Assembly (NCBI GenBank): GCA_044341355.1
Contig: JBIIRU010000001.1
Coordinates: 1 to 40,285 of the forward strand
Reading direction: 5' to 3'
From: Cyanobium sp.
GTDB lineage: Bacteria; Cyanobacteriota; Cyanobacteriia; PCC-6307; Cyanobiaceae
DNA: 40,285 nt
Numbering within the stretch: the stretch's first letter is position 1; each line of letters opens with the position of its first letter. Shown in pieces: positions 28,778 through 38,745 of the stretch. A program made the translations under genes and the position numbers. The notes below the pieces were generated by a model. That model saw only the letters and a list, made by a program, of their open reading frames with translations. It was not told the origin of the DNA and made no database searches.

Positions 28778-31700
28778 GCGGTCTCGGCTTTGAGCGGGCC
28801 ACCCAGAACCGGGTGGTAAAACTCTTCACCGCAAAGCTGGGCTATCGCTTTGGGGGCGACCGCTCCAAATGGGCTGAAAACAGCTTTGTCGATTCAGCCA
28901 TCCTCTCGGAGCACTTGCAAACCAAGGGCTACAGCGCAGCGGAGATCAGCGGTGCCCTTTTCCAACTGAGAAAGGCCGCAGATGCCAGCCAGGGCGGTCT
29001 CTACGAAGCCAACAAGCGGGTCTACAGCCTCCTGCGCTATGGCGTGCAGGTCAAGACCGCCGTGGATCAGCCCACCACCACCGTCAACATGATCGATTGG
29101 GCCAACCCCGAGGCCAATGACTTCACCATCGCCGAGGAAGTCACCCTGCGCGGCCCCCTGGAGCGGCGGCCCGATCTGGTGCTCTATGTCAATGGCCTGG
29201 CGATTGGCGTGCTGGAACTCAAGCGCAGCCGCGTCTCCATCGGTGAGAGCATCCGCCAGAACTGCTCTAACCAAAAGGCTGAATTCAATGGCTGGTTTTT
29301 CGCCACCGTGCAATTTGTGCTGGCGGGCAATGATTCCGAAGGCCTGCGCTATGGCACCACTGGCACGCCTGCCAAATACTTCCTCACCTGGAAGGAAGGC
29401 GCTCCAGATTCCAGCCTCAACCGGCTGGACCAGGATCTGCTCAAGTTCTGCCGCAAAGATCGGCTGATTGAGTTGATGCGGGATTTTGTGCTCTTTGATG
29501 CGGGCACCAAAAAGCTGCCCCGGGTGCATCAATATTTCGGCATCAAAGCCGCCCAGGCCTTCATGCGCCGCCGCGAGGGCGGCATCATCTGGCACACCCA
29601 GGGCAGCGGTAAAAGCATCGTCATGGTGCTGCTCGCCCGCTGGATCCTGACCACCAACCCCAACGCCCGGGTGGTGATCATCACCGATCGCGATGAGCTG
29701 GACCAACAGATCGAGGCTGTTTTCGGCGGCGCCGACGAGCGGGTCCACCGCAGCAGCAGCGGCGCCGACCTGCTGAGTGTGCTCAGCCAGCCCAGCCCCC
29801 GGTTGATCTGCTCCCTGGTGCACAAGTTTGGCGTGCGGGGTGTGGAGGATTTTGAGGCCCACATCGCCAAACTCCACGACGAGCCCTGCCACACCTACGG
29901 CGAGCTGTTCGTGTTCGTCGATGAATGCCACCGCACCCAAAGCGGCAGGCTGCACCGCCTGATGAAGGCCATCCTGCGCGAGGCGATCTTCTATGGCTTC
30001 ACGGGCACGCCACTGCTCACCAAAGACCGGGCCACAACGCTGGAAGTCTTTGGTCGCTACATCCATGTCTATAAATACAGCGATGCCGTCGCCGATGAGG
30101 TGGTGCTTGATCTGGTCTATGAGGCCAGGGACATCGATCAGCGCATCAGCTCGCAAGCGAAGGTGGACCAATGGTTTGAAGCCAAAACCGCTGATCTGAA
30201 CCCCTGGCAAGTGCGAGAACTCAAGCGCTACTGGGGCACGATGCAGGCCGTGCTCAGCTCCAAATCACGCATCAACCGGATTGTGATGGATATAATTTAT
30301 GACCTCTCCACCCAATACGATCTTGCCAGTGAGCGAGCCACCGCCATGCTGGTGGCCTCCAGCATCTATGAGGCCTGCCGCTATTTCGAGCTGTTCAATC
30401 AAACAGAACTCAAGGGACGTTGCGCTGTCATCACCTCCTACGACCCCAAGGCCCGAGATATCACCAAAGAGGAAATCGGCGCCAACACCGAAACCGACAA
30501 ACAATTCATCTACAACACCTACACCAAACTCCTGGAAACAGTCCAGCCCAGACCCGGACAATCACGCACCGAGGCCTACGAAGCAGAGGCAAAGCGGTTG
30601 TTTGTCAAAGAACCCGCCCGCATGAAGCTCCTGATCGTGGTCGACAAGCTGCTGACCGGCTTTGACGCCCCCACCTGCCGCGTCTTGTACATCGACAAGA
30701 GCATGCAAGACCATGGCCTGTTTCAAGCCATCTGCCGCACCAACCGCCTCGATGGCGAGGACAAGAAATATGGCCGGATTGTCGATTACAAGGACCTGTT
30801 CAAGAAGGTGCAAAACGCCATCGCGGTCTACAGCGATGAAGACCTCGACCACACCGCAGACGGACCTGATCCCAACGTGGTGCTGCAGGACCGCCTCAAA
30901 AAAGCCAAGCAGCGCTTGGATCTGGCCCTGGAGCAGGAGCATCTGCTGGCGGAATCCGTCCCACCACCCCAGGAGGAGACGGAGATCTTGCGTCATTTTG
31001 TTGGCGCCAGTGATCAGCCCGCTGTCCAGCGGGAGAAAGAGCCGTTGCGGGTGGCCTACTACAAAACTGTGGCCGAACTGATGCGGGCCTACGCCGCCAT
31101 TGCCAACGAGCTCAGCCAGGCGGGTTATTCCGCCAAGGAAGTACAGGCATTGATTGAGCAGCGCGACCGGGCCCTGGATTGGCGGCAACTGATCCGCTTG
31201 GCGGCCAGCGAAAACCTCGACCTGAAGGACTATGAGGCCGACATGCGTTTTCTGATTGATGCCTACATCGTGGCGGAGGAATCCCGCAAGATTTCCGCCT
31301 TTGATGATCTGCCCCTGCTGCAATTGATTGAAAAGCTGGGGATCCAGGCAGCCATCGAGCAGAGCCTGGGCAAAGGCGCCAACAACAAGGAGGCGGTAGC
31401 GGAAACAATTGAAAACAATGTGGGCCGCACCATCAGAAATGAAAATGCCAACGATCCCGCCTTCTATGACCGGATGTCGCAGGTGTTGGAGGAGATCATC
31501 CGCTTGCGTAAGCAAAATGCCATCACCTATGAGCAGTATCTGCAACGGGTTGCCGAACTCGCCCGGCGCCTCATCGCCAAAACCGACGACACCACCCCCA
31601 AGGAACTAAACACCGACGGCAAACGGGCCCTTTGCAGCAACCTCAATGGGGATCTGCAGCGGGCCCTGCGCGTGGATGGGGCCGTGCGACGGGCCCGGCC

Positions 31701-31824
31701 CGATGGCTGGCGCGGCGTGCAGGCCAAGGAGAACCTGATCAAAGCGGCGCTCTTTGACGAGCTGCGTGACCACGCTGAAGTGGAACGCATCTTTGCTGTC
31801 GTTTTCGCCCAGTCCGAATACTGA
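28774..31824 (+). CDS. hsdR: type I RM restriction subunit R
   Basis: Nuclease motif [16 protein letters not shown], Walker [36 protein letters not shown]. Confidence 0.96.
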   Translation: MSGLGFERATQNRVVKLFTAKLGYRFGGDRSKWAENSFVDSAILSEHLQTKGYSAAEISGALFQLRKAADASQGGLYEANKRVYSLLRYGVQVKTAVDQPTTTVNMIDWANPEANDFTIAEEVTLRGPLERRPDLVLYVNGLAIGVLELKRSRVSIGESIRQNCSNQKAEFNGWFFATVQFVLAGNDSEGLRYGTTGTPAKYFLTWKEGAPDSSLNRLDQDLLKFCRKDRLIELMRDFVLFDAGTKKLPRVHQYFGIKAAQAFMRRREGGIIWHTQGSGKSIVMVLLARWILTTNPNARVVIITDRDELDQQIEAVFGGADERVHRSSSGADLLSVLSQPSPRLICSLVHKFGVRGVEDFEAHIAKLHDEPCHTYGELFVFVDECHRTQSGRLHRLMKAILREAIFYGFTGTPLLTKDRATTLEVFGRYIHVYKYSDAVADEVVLDLVYEARDIDQRISSQAKVDQWFEAKTADLNPWQVRELKRYWGTMQAVLSSKSRINRIVMDIIYDLSTQYDLASERATAMLVASSIYEACRYFELFNQTELKGRCAVITSYDPKARDITKEEIGANTETDKQFIYNTYTKLLETVQPRPGQSRTEAYEAEAKRLFVKEPARMKLLIVVDKLLTGFDAPTCRVLYIDKSMQDHGLFQAICRTNRLDGEDKKYGRIVDYKDLFKKVQNAIAVYSDEDLDHTADGPDPNVVLQDRLKKAKQRLDLALEQEHLLAESVPPPQEETEILRHFVGASDQPAVQREKEPLRVAYYKTVAELMRAYAAIANELSQAGYSAKEVQALIEQRDRALDWRQLIRLAASENLDLKDYEADMRFLIDAYIVAEESRKISAFDDLPLLQLIEKLGIQAAIEQSLGKGANNKEAVAETIENNVGRTIRNENANDPAFYDRMSQVLEEIIRLRKQNAITYEQYLQRVAELARRLIAKTDDTTPKELNTDGKRALCSNLNGDLQRALRVDGAVRRARPDGWRGVQAKENLIKAALFDELRDHAEVERIFAVVFAQSEY

Positions 31825-31872
31825 TGGCCCAGTCCGAACACTGATGGCCCAGACCGCATATTGATGGCCCAG
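31807..31872 (+). repeat. 20-bp tandem repeat (3 units plus a partial) at the hsdR/ygjP junction
   Basis: GCCCAGTCCGAATACTGATG / GCCCAGTCCGAACACTGATG / GCCCAGACCGCATATTGATG / GCCCAG. Confidence 0.93.
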
Positions 31873-32586
31873 CCCTTCCCCAGCCACCAGCTGCTGATCG
31901 GCTCTTTGGCGGTGGAAGTCACCGTCAAACCGATCAAACATCTCCACCTTGTGGTGCTGCCGCCCCACGGCGCCGTGCGCATCTCAGCGCCGGAGCGCAT
32001 GAGCGAGGCCCAGGTGCGGGCCTTCACGATCGGCAAGCTCGGCTGGATCCGGCGCCAGCAATCCCGCTACGAGCACCAGATGCGTGAAAGCCCCCGGCAG
32101 GTGATCGAGCGCGAGAGCCTTTACGTCTGGGGCCAACGGCTGTTGCTGCACATCCAGGACGTCGACGCCCCGCCAAGGATTGAGTTGCACCCCAAAGAAA
32201 TGCGGCTTTTCATCCGGCCTGGCAGCACCAGCGCCAAACGGCAAAGCCTGTTGGCTGCCTGGTATCGCCAGCAACTACGCACCGCTGCCGCTCCGGTGAT
32301 CCACAAGTGGGAAGAGGCCTTGGGGGTGGAGATGAATCGGCTGTTTGTGCAGTTCATGCTCCGCCAATGGGGCAGCTGCAACCCCATCACGGGCAACATC
32401 CGTCTCAACACCCAACTCGCCCAAAAGCCCAAAGCCTGCCTTGATTACGTGCTTCTGCACGAGCTTTGCCACCTGCGCGTGCCGCGCCATGGCGAAGCGT
32501 TTGTGGCCTTGCTCAACCAGCACATGGCGGATTGGCAGGAGCGCAAGCAACTTCTCAACCGGCTGCCCATCGTTCCAACTGGTTGA
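31864..32586 (+). CDS. YgjP/DUF45 (M48/SprT-like) metallohydrolase
   Basis: KPIKHLHL.V.PP.G.VRISAP, WGSCN, IRLN..L, DYVLLHELCH (HExxH). This is a typical position after hsdR. Confidence 0.9.
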   Translation: MAQPFPSHQLLIGSLAVEVTVKPIKHLHLVVLPPHGAVRISAPERMSEAQVRAFTIGKLGWIRRQQSRYEHQMRESPRQVIERESLYVWGQRLLLHIQDVDAPPRIELHPKEMRLFIRPGSTSAKRQSLLAAWYRQQLRTAAAPVIHKWEEALGVEMNRLFVQFMLRQWGSCNPITGNIRLNTQLAQKPKACLDYVLLHELCHLRVPRHGEAFVALLNQHMADWQERKQLLNRLPIVPTG

Positions 32587-32697
32587 TCCGCCAGCAGGGT
32601 CTTTGAGGGATCGAGGCAGGCAACAATCACCCCAACGCGCAAGCAGGCAACCAAAGCGAAACACCATTTACCAGCAAAGCCATCTATAATTTCTTGC

Positions 32698-32722
32698 AAG
32701 CGGCACAACAAACATGCCGCTT
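32698..32722 (+). terminator. possible terminator hairpin after the RM operon
   Basis: AAGCGGCA-N9-TGCCGCTT 8-bp stem with only a weak U tract. Confidence 0.3.
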
Positions 32723-32837
32723 AATTCTCAATCTCTATCACGTGCCTGCCAAATTTGCTCCTTTGAAGCACAGGTCTCTGTGAATCAACGGCCAGCCCCC
32801 GCAGCTACAAGCCCATAGCTTCCCCCCATTCAGCCCA

Positions 32838-33773
32838 ATGGTCCACCGCGTACCCTCCCTCAGTCGCCGCTGGGCCCGTCTGATTGCCTACGCCTCGGCG
32901 CTGCTCCTGGCGGGTTCCCTGCAGCCGGCCCAGGCGGCAACATTGCTGTCTTTCCTCAGCAGCCCCTACAGCTGGGTGGGTGGCGGAGAAACGATCTCCG
33001 CAGGGCCAGCCAACGGCTTCGAAATCGGTGTCCAGGGAGATCCTTTCACAATGCTTGACTTCAGGGTCATCGAGCCCTGGACGCCTGACGGATGGAGATG
33101 GTGGTACCTCAGACTCGCAGCTCCCGAGGGTGCCAGTCTTTCCGTGGGCTCCTACGCCAACGCAACCCGGTGGCCCTTTCAGGATACAACGGCTCCAGGC
33201 CTTGACTTCAGTGGCAACGGTCGAGGCAACAACAGATTAACGGGGTCATTCAATATTTTGGAGTCCAACGTTGCTGACGACGGCACCTTATCCTTCGCCG
33301 TCGACTTTTTACAATACGACGAAGAAAGTACCAATGCCTGGATCAAAGGAGCGATCCGATACAACTCAGAAGTACCAATCAACTTGACTCCCGAGCCCAT
33401 TGTCGTAGATCCTCCGATCGATATGGGTTACAACCCCGATCCCTATCCATATCTGCCCATCATTGACCCGGTCATCGAAGACCCAGGGATCGGGGAACCA
33501 TGGCCAGATGGAAGCAGTATTGATCCACCAATTTCAATTCTCCCATATCCAAACGACGACCAAGATTTTCCTGTTTATTGGTATTTTGGCAGTTCGGGCT
33601 CCTCAATGGTCGACGTAGCCCCTCTACCCCCAATCACTTTTGAAACCATGGGTTCCGACCCTATCTCCGCCCCCGGGCCCCTTCCCATCGCTGGCGCCCT
33701 TGCGGGCTGGCATAGCGCCCGCCGCTTGCGGCGCCGCTGCCGGGAGAGCAGCCAAAAGGTTGCCAAGCCTTAG
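32838..33773 (+). CDS. secreted protein with PEP-CTERM-like (PGPLP) C-terminal sorting signal
   Basis: Signal peptide ending AQA, Pro/Asp-rich linker, C-terminal APGPLPIAGALAGWHSARRLRRR. Confidence 0.75.
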   Translation: MVHRVPSLSRRWARLIAYASALLLAGSLQPAQAATLLSFLSSPYSWVGGGETISAGPANGFEIGVQGDPFTMLDFRVIEPWTPDGWRWWYLRLAAPEGASLSVGSYANATRWPFQDTTAPGLDFSGNGRGNNRLTGSFNILESNVADDGTLSFAVDFLQYDEESTNAWIKGAIRYNSEVPINLTPEPIVVDPPIDMGYNPDPYPYLPIIDPVIEDPGIGEPWPDGSSIDPPISILPYPNDDQDFPVYWYFGSSGSSMVDVAPLPPITFETMGSDPISAPGPLPIAGALAGWHSARRLRRRCRESSQKVAKP

Positions 33774-33845
33774 ATCCCCGAGAGCGGTCGCAGCTAACGT
33801 TTAGCCCCAGGATGGGACCATGGCGCCTGGGAGCCCACCCCTGCC

Positions 33846-35471
33846 ATGACGGCCGACCTGGCCCGCGAAATCCTGCAACGCTGCGGCGAGCACCTGCTGA
33901 TGGTGGCCTTGGCTGTGGCCATCGCCCTGCTGATCGCCCTGCCCCTGGGGGTGCTGATGCAGGGGCTCCCCCGGCTGGCCCAGCTCGTGCTGGGGCTCGC
34001 CAACGCCGTGCAGACCATCCCCAGCCTGGCGATTTTTGGTCTGCTGCTCACGGTGCCGGTGTTGGGCGGCATCGGCCCCACCCCAGCGGTGCTTGCCCTT
34101 GTCCTCTATGCCCTGCTGCCCCTACTGCGGGGCCTGGTCACCGGCCTGAACCAGGTGCCGTCGGGGCTCAAGGAGGCGGGCCGGGCCCTGGGCCTCAGCC
34201 GCGGCCAGGTGTTGCGCCATGTGGAATTCCCCCTGGCGCTGCCCAGCCTGATGGCGGGCCTGCGGGTGGCCACGGTGATCTCGGTTGGGGTGGCCACGAT
34301 CGGCGCGGCCATTGGCGCCGGTGGGCTGGGGGTGTTCATCTTCCGGGGTATCGCCACGGTGAATAACAGCTTGCTGCTGGCCGGCGCCCTGCCGGCGGCG
34401 GCGATCGCCCTGGTGGCCGATGGCGCCCTCGGCGCCTTAGAAAACCGCCTCTCCCGGCGTGTCGGCAAGGGCGGCAGCCAAAGCGGCAGCCGAGGCGGCC
34501 GGCGGCCGGCCTGGCGGCGGCGGCGCTGGCCTCAGGTGCTGGCGGGGGCCCTGCTCGTGGCGACCCTGCTGGCCATCCCGGTCGCCTGGCGCTGGCTGGC
34601 CCCCGCAGGCGGCAACCCCGCAGGCGGCAAACCCGCCAGCGGCGAAATAGTGGTGGTGGGCGCCAAGGGCTACACCGAGCAGCTGCTGCTGGGGGAGCTC
34701 CTGGCCCAGGAGATTGAGGCGAACACTTCCCTGCGGGTGAAACGGGAATTCAGCCTGGGCAGTACCTTTTTGCTCCATGAAGCCGTGCGTCAGGGGCGCA
34801 TCGACGGCTACGTGGAGTACACGGGCACGGCCTGGACGGCGATCCTGCGCCAGCCGCCCTTGCCGCCCGAGCGGCGGGCGGCGGTGTGGCAGCGGGCGCG
34901 TCAGCTCTACGACGAACGTTATCGCCTGCGCATGTTCCCCTCCCTGGGGTTCGAAAACAGCTTCGCGATCCTCATCCGCCAGGCCGATGGCCAGCGGCTG
35001 GGCCTGCGCACGATCAGCGATGCGGTGCTACATGCCCGCCAATGGCGCGCGGCCTTTGGCTACGAATTTCTCAACCGCGCGGATGGCTTCCCGGGCCTGG
35101 CGGAGCTCTACGGATTGCGCTTCGCCGCCCCGCCCAGCGCCATGGATCTGGGCCTCACCTACCGGGCCCTGGCGGACGGGCGGGTGGATCTGATCGCAGG
35201 CGACAGCACCAATGGGCTGATTTCCGCCTTAAAGCTGCAAAAGTTGGACGACGATCGCGCCTATTTTCCCCCCTACGACGCCGTGCCGGTGTTCAACGCG
35301 GCCAGCCTGCGGCGCCACCCGGAGCTGGTGCCGGTGCTGGAGCGATTGAGCGGGCGCTTGTCGGCCGCCACCATGCAAAAGCTCAACGCGGCGGTCGATC
35401 TGCAGGGGCAAACGCCAGAGCTTGTAGTGCGCCGCTGGCGGCGCGATTATTCGGCCGCGCGAGGGAATTAA
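33846..35471 (+). CDS. osmoprotectant (glycine betaine/choline-type) ABC permease fused to substrate-binding domain
   Basis: QTIPSLA, EAA loop EAGRALG, GAGGLG; SBP motifs GAKGYTEQ, YVEYTGT, EFLNRADG, FPPYD. Confidence 0.9.
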   Translation: MTADLAREILQRCGEHLLMVALAVAIALLIALPLGVLMQGLPRLAQLVLGLANAVQTIPSLAIFGLLLTVPVLGGIGPTPAVLALVLYALLPLLRGLVTGLNQVPSGLKEAGRALGLSRGQVLRHVEFPLALPSLMAGLRVATVISVGVATIGAAIGAGGLGVFIFRGIATVNNSLLLAGALPAAAIALVADGALGALENRLSRRVGKGGSQSGSRGGRRPAWRRRRWPQVLAGALLVATLLAIPVAWRWLAPAGGNPAGGKPASGEIVVVGAKGYTEQLLLGELLAQEIEANTSLRVKREFSLGSTFLLHEAVRQGRIDGYVEYTGTAWTAILRQPPLPPERRAAVWQRARQLYDERYRLRMFPSLGFENSFAILIRQADGQRLGLRTISDAVLHARQWRAAFGYEFLNRADGFPGLAELYGLRFAAPPSAMDLGLTYRALADGRVDLIAGDSTNGLISALKLQKLDDDRAYFPPYDAVPVFNAASLRRHPELVPVLERLSGRLSAATMQKLNAAVDLQGQTPELVVRRWRRDYSAARGN

Positions 35472-35568
35472 GCCGTAGACGATCCGGCGCGGCTCAACCG
35501 GAGGCTGCGCTGGCCATCCAGCAGCGCCACCCCATTAAATTTCACTCATATTCTCGTATACGAGGACC

Positions 35569-36765
35569 ATGGGGAAACGACTACAAGCCCTGGCCGGCAA
35601 AGCGATCGCTGGCGCCCCAGCCCTCGCTGCCCTGCCCCTGCTGCTGGGCCTGCCAGCGCCTGCCGCCCCCGCCAAACCCACGCTCAAGGCAATCCCGATC
35701 CCCACCTACCAGATGGAGGCGATCACCCGCACCGGTCTGGATATCAAGCCGATCGGGGGCGCCAACATGATGCGCATGATGCTCGGGGGCGCACCCGCCA
35801 TCGGAACCACCACCAACCGCACCCTGGAGCTGCGGCTGGAATCACCCCGGGTGGTGGCCAACCCCACGGCGGAACACCGCATCCCGGCGGGGCTGGGTAT
35901 GGGGGCGGCCCTGCCCCTCAAAACCCTCACCCTGGAGAAAGGGGAGCCCCCCAGCTTCAAGGATTTGGAGCTGGGGGAGGGCAATGGGCGGCTGCTGCTG
36001 TTCCGCGGCTGCGCCGAGAGCGCCGGGGCGGACCAACCGGAGATCGTTTCGCTGCGGGGGTGGACGGAAGAGCAAAAACGCCAGGCGAAGGCGGCGATCC
36101 AGGCGCTGGGAACCCTGCCATGGACGGTGGATGGATCCGGCACCAGCGGCCGCTGGCCCAACAGCGATCCGGCACCGCCGCTGCCGGCGCAGGGGTCGCT
36201 GATCGGCAGCCATGGGGTGGTGAGCACCTTCGCGCCGGAGATTCGCTTCCAGGTGGAGGCCAGCCACGATTTCCTGGCACCGCTGACGTTGACGACCGCC
36301 GCGGCGGGCGGGGCACGGCGCCTGAGCTGGCAGGGGGTGCCCACGGCCCTGGGCTACCAGGCCACGGCCACAGGCGCGGGTCAGCGGGAGGGCGACATGG
36401 TGATGTGGACCTCCAGCGAAGCGCCCCGCAACGACAGTTGGGTGCCCAGCGACCTGCGGGCGGCGGCAGCGGCGCGGCTGGTGCAACGCCAGGTGTTGCT
36501 GCCGCCGGAGCGAACCAGCTGCGCGATCAGCGCCCAGGCGATGGCGGCCATGCGCGGCGCAATGGTGACGGTGACGGCCTATGGCGACACGCTCAAGCTC
36601 AGCAGCACGCAGGGCACCCCGGCCTGGCAGCTCAGGTTGGAGCGCCGCTCCAGCACCACCCGGCCCGTGGGCGAAGGGATGGAGGGTCTTGATGGGGCTG
36701 GCGCGGCCGGCGACCCTCCCGAGCAACCAAAGCGGAGCAGATTCAATCCCTTGCGGCTGTTTTGA
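35569..36765 (+). CDS. hypothetical exported protein
   Basis: 398-aa ORF with a signal-peptide-like N-terminus and GC3-rich codons. Confidence 0.7.
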   Translation: MGKRLQALAGKAIAGAPALAALPLLLGLPAPAAPAKPTLKAIPIPTYQMEAITRTGLDIKPIGGANMMRMMLGGAPAIGTTTNRTLELRLESPRVVANPTAEHRIPAGLGMGAALPLKTLTLEKGEPPSFKDLELGEGNGRLLLFRGCAESAGADQPEIVSLRGWTEEQKRQAKAAIQALGTLPWTVDGSGTSGRWPNSDPAPPLPAQGSLIGSHGVVSTFAPEIRFQVEASHDFLAPLTLTTAAAGGARRLSWQGVPTALGYQATATGAGQREGDMVMWTSSEAPRNDSWVPSDLRAAAAARLVQRQVLLPPERTSCAISAQAMAAMRGAMVTVTAYGDTLKLSSTQGTPAWQLRLERRSSTTRPVGEGMEGLDGAGAAGDPPEQPKRSRFNPLRLF

Positions 36766-36955
36766 GGGGCCTCGTCAACAACACCTTCTCCTTACCGAAC
36801 CGAAATAGCCACTGATCGTGGCGCGGTCGCCGGATTTGGCGTGGGAGCGGAAGATAGTCAAGCCGCAGTGGACATTGTCCAGCCGCAGTAGACGAGGTGG
36901 AACTGCTGGCTCTTTTTCCGCCTACAAGATCGCCCGGTTGGGTGTTTAACCGCAA

Positions 36956-37630
36956 TCACCCTCGGCCGTCTCCCCGTACCGCCACATAAGCCGGAGTCAG
37001 TTCGGAGCTGGCCTGATCGTCGTTGGCACTGCTGCCCGGCTCCTCGAGCAGTTCGTGCACGATGGCACCATCAAAAGAGATGCGGCCGGGACCGAGCAGC
37101 AGCAGGGCAAGGCTGCCTCCTAAGTACAGCGCCACTAACTCCAGCACGTAGATGTTGAGGCCGGCCGTGGAGATGTGCTGGTAGGCCGCTACGGCCATCG
37201 TGCCTGTTATCGCCAGGGCCCCCAGTGGGGTGAGCAAGCCGAGGATCAGCAGCCAGCTGCCGATCAACTCGGAGAAGCCGGCGGCGTAGGCGAAGAACAG
37301 CGGGAAGGGCAGATGCAGCGACGCCACATAGGTTTTGGCGAACTGCTGGGGATCGGCCAGCTTTTCTTGGCCGTGGTGGATCATCAGCACGCCGATGCTG
37401 AGGCGCAGCAGCAACAGGGCCGTATTGGCCAGAGGGCCATTGGGCAGGAAGTAGGCCGCAGCCAGCCGGCGCAACGCAGTCGGCAGGTCTCCAGGGCCCC
37501 CCAGCCAAAAGCCTGGGGCGTCAGCGACGACCACCTTGGGCTGGGAGGAGCGACTCAATAGCACGAACCAAAGGGCGATGCAGGCGGCCAGGAAGCCGGC
37601 AAACAGCTCGAGCAACAGGGAAGTGGACAT
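36956..37630 (-). CDS. DoxX family membrane protein
   Basis: LLLRLSIGVLMIHHGQEKL, SELIGSWLLILGLLT, LLLGPGRISFD. ATG 37630 preferred over TTG 37675. Confidence 0.88.
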   Translation of the reverse strand: MSTSLLLELFAGFLAACIALWFVLLSRSSQPKVVVADAPGFWLGGPGDLPTALRRLAAAYFLPNGPLANTALLLLRLSIGVLMIHHGQEKLADPQQFAKTYVASLHLPFPLFFAYAAGFSELIGSWLLILGLLTPLGALAITGTMAVAAYQHISTAGLNIYVLELVALYLGGSLALLLLGPGRISFDGAIVHELLEEPGSSANDDQASSELTPAYVAVRGDGRG

Positions 37631-37736
37631 GGACGGGGGACTGGCGACTGGTGTCTGATCAAACCAGTCTGCCAATCCGAGTAAAGAAACGTGAAGCGCT
37701 CTCAGAATCGGGACCAGCCCTCAGTTGCCCGTAGCA

Positions 37737-38627
37737 TCAATTGCCCATAGCAACCGAGGGCCGCAGGTGCTGCAGGCCGCTGAGGAACATCGGGATGAAC
37801 TGCTCCACCAGCTTCTCGGGCTTGTCCTGCAGCACCCGCTGCACCGCCAGAAAGCGCGATTTCTGCAGATCCGGCGCCAGCAAAGCCTGGGGCAGACGCT
37901 CGATCAGATAGCCGGGCCGCTCCCACACCGGCAGGGTATTGGTGATCTCCACCAGGTTCGCCACCCGCCGCAGTTCGGCGCCGGCGGTGATGTCCATGCC
38001 GGCCTCGAATGCCGCGTGCTCGATCATCGAATACTTGCGCTTGGCGTCGTTGACGCGGGCGCGATGCTCCGGGCTGCGGGCGGCGATCTTGCCAAGCCAA
38101 CGGCTGCCCCAGCTCACATGGCCCGCCTCCTCCGGCAGGATTTTCTCCAGGGTTTCGCGAATGCGGCTGTTCTCCTCGCTGACGGGCGCGAGGCGCAGGG
38201 CGTTGATGTGGGCTGAGAAGGCCTGGCAGCCGCGCTTCTCGGTGGCGTTGATCGAGGCGAGCACGGCGATCAGTCCATCCTCCCGCTGGATCTCGCCACC
38301 GCTCTTGTCGAACAGGCGGTTGAGCTCGTCGATGTAGGAGCCGGTGGGGGGATTGCCAATCTCCTCACCTAGGTCGCAGAGCAAGTCGGTGAGCCAAGCG
38401 GCGTGGCGGGCCTCGTCGCTGATGTGGTGGGAGAGCTCACGGCAGAGGTCGCGGGGCTGGCCGTCGAGGGCCTCAATCAGCATGGTGAGCTCCTGGCAGG
38501 AGCGCTGCTCGTTGAAGCGGTAGCTGTTGAGGAACAGCATCTGCACCTTGCGCTCCTTCACCACAGCGGCCATCACCTCCCGAGGCCCAATGTTGTTGAC
38601 GAGCTTGCGGGGATAGGTGACGGCCAT
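37737..38627 (-). CDS. ferritin-like domain protein (cyanobacterial)
   Basis: Diiron-type motifs E...DEARH and TE...EEAGH. Confidence 0.85.
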   Translation of the reverse strand: MAVTYPRKLVNNIGPREVMAAVVKERKVQMLFLNSYRFNEQRSCQELTMLIEALDGQPRDLCRELSHHISDEARHAAWLTDLLCDLGEEIGNPPTGSYIDELNRLFDKSGGEIQREDGLIAVLASINATEKRGCQAFSAHINALRLAPVSEENSRIRETLEKILPEEAGHVSWGSRWLGKIAARSPEHRARVNDAKRKYSMIEHAAFEAGMDITAGAELRRVANLVEITNTLPVWERPGYLIERLPQALLAPDLQKSRFLAVQRVLQDKPEKLVEQFIPMFLSGLQHLRPSVAMGN

Positions 38628-38745
38628 AGCCAGGGTGTTTTACAGGGTTTAAAGCTGATCGTAAGTAGGCCAGAGCGGCGGCGGGGCCTCCAGGCTGGGC
38701 AGAGACCCTTCATCCCCTGCAGACTGGGCCGTGCCAGCCGATCCC

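Noticed and set aside
31807-31872. Mini CRISPR array
   Set aside because: Units are directly adjacent with no spacers, and there are no cas genes.
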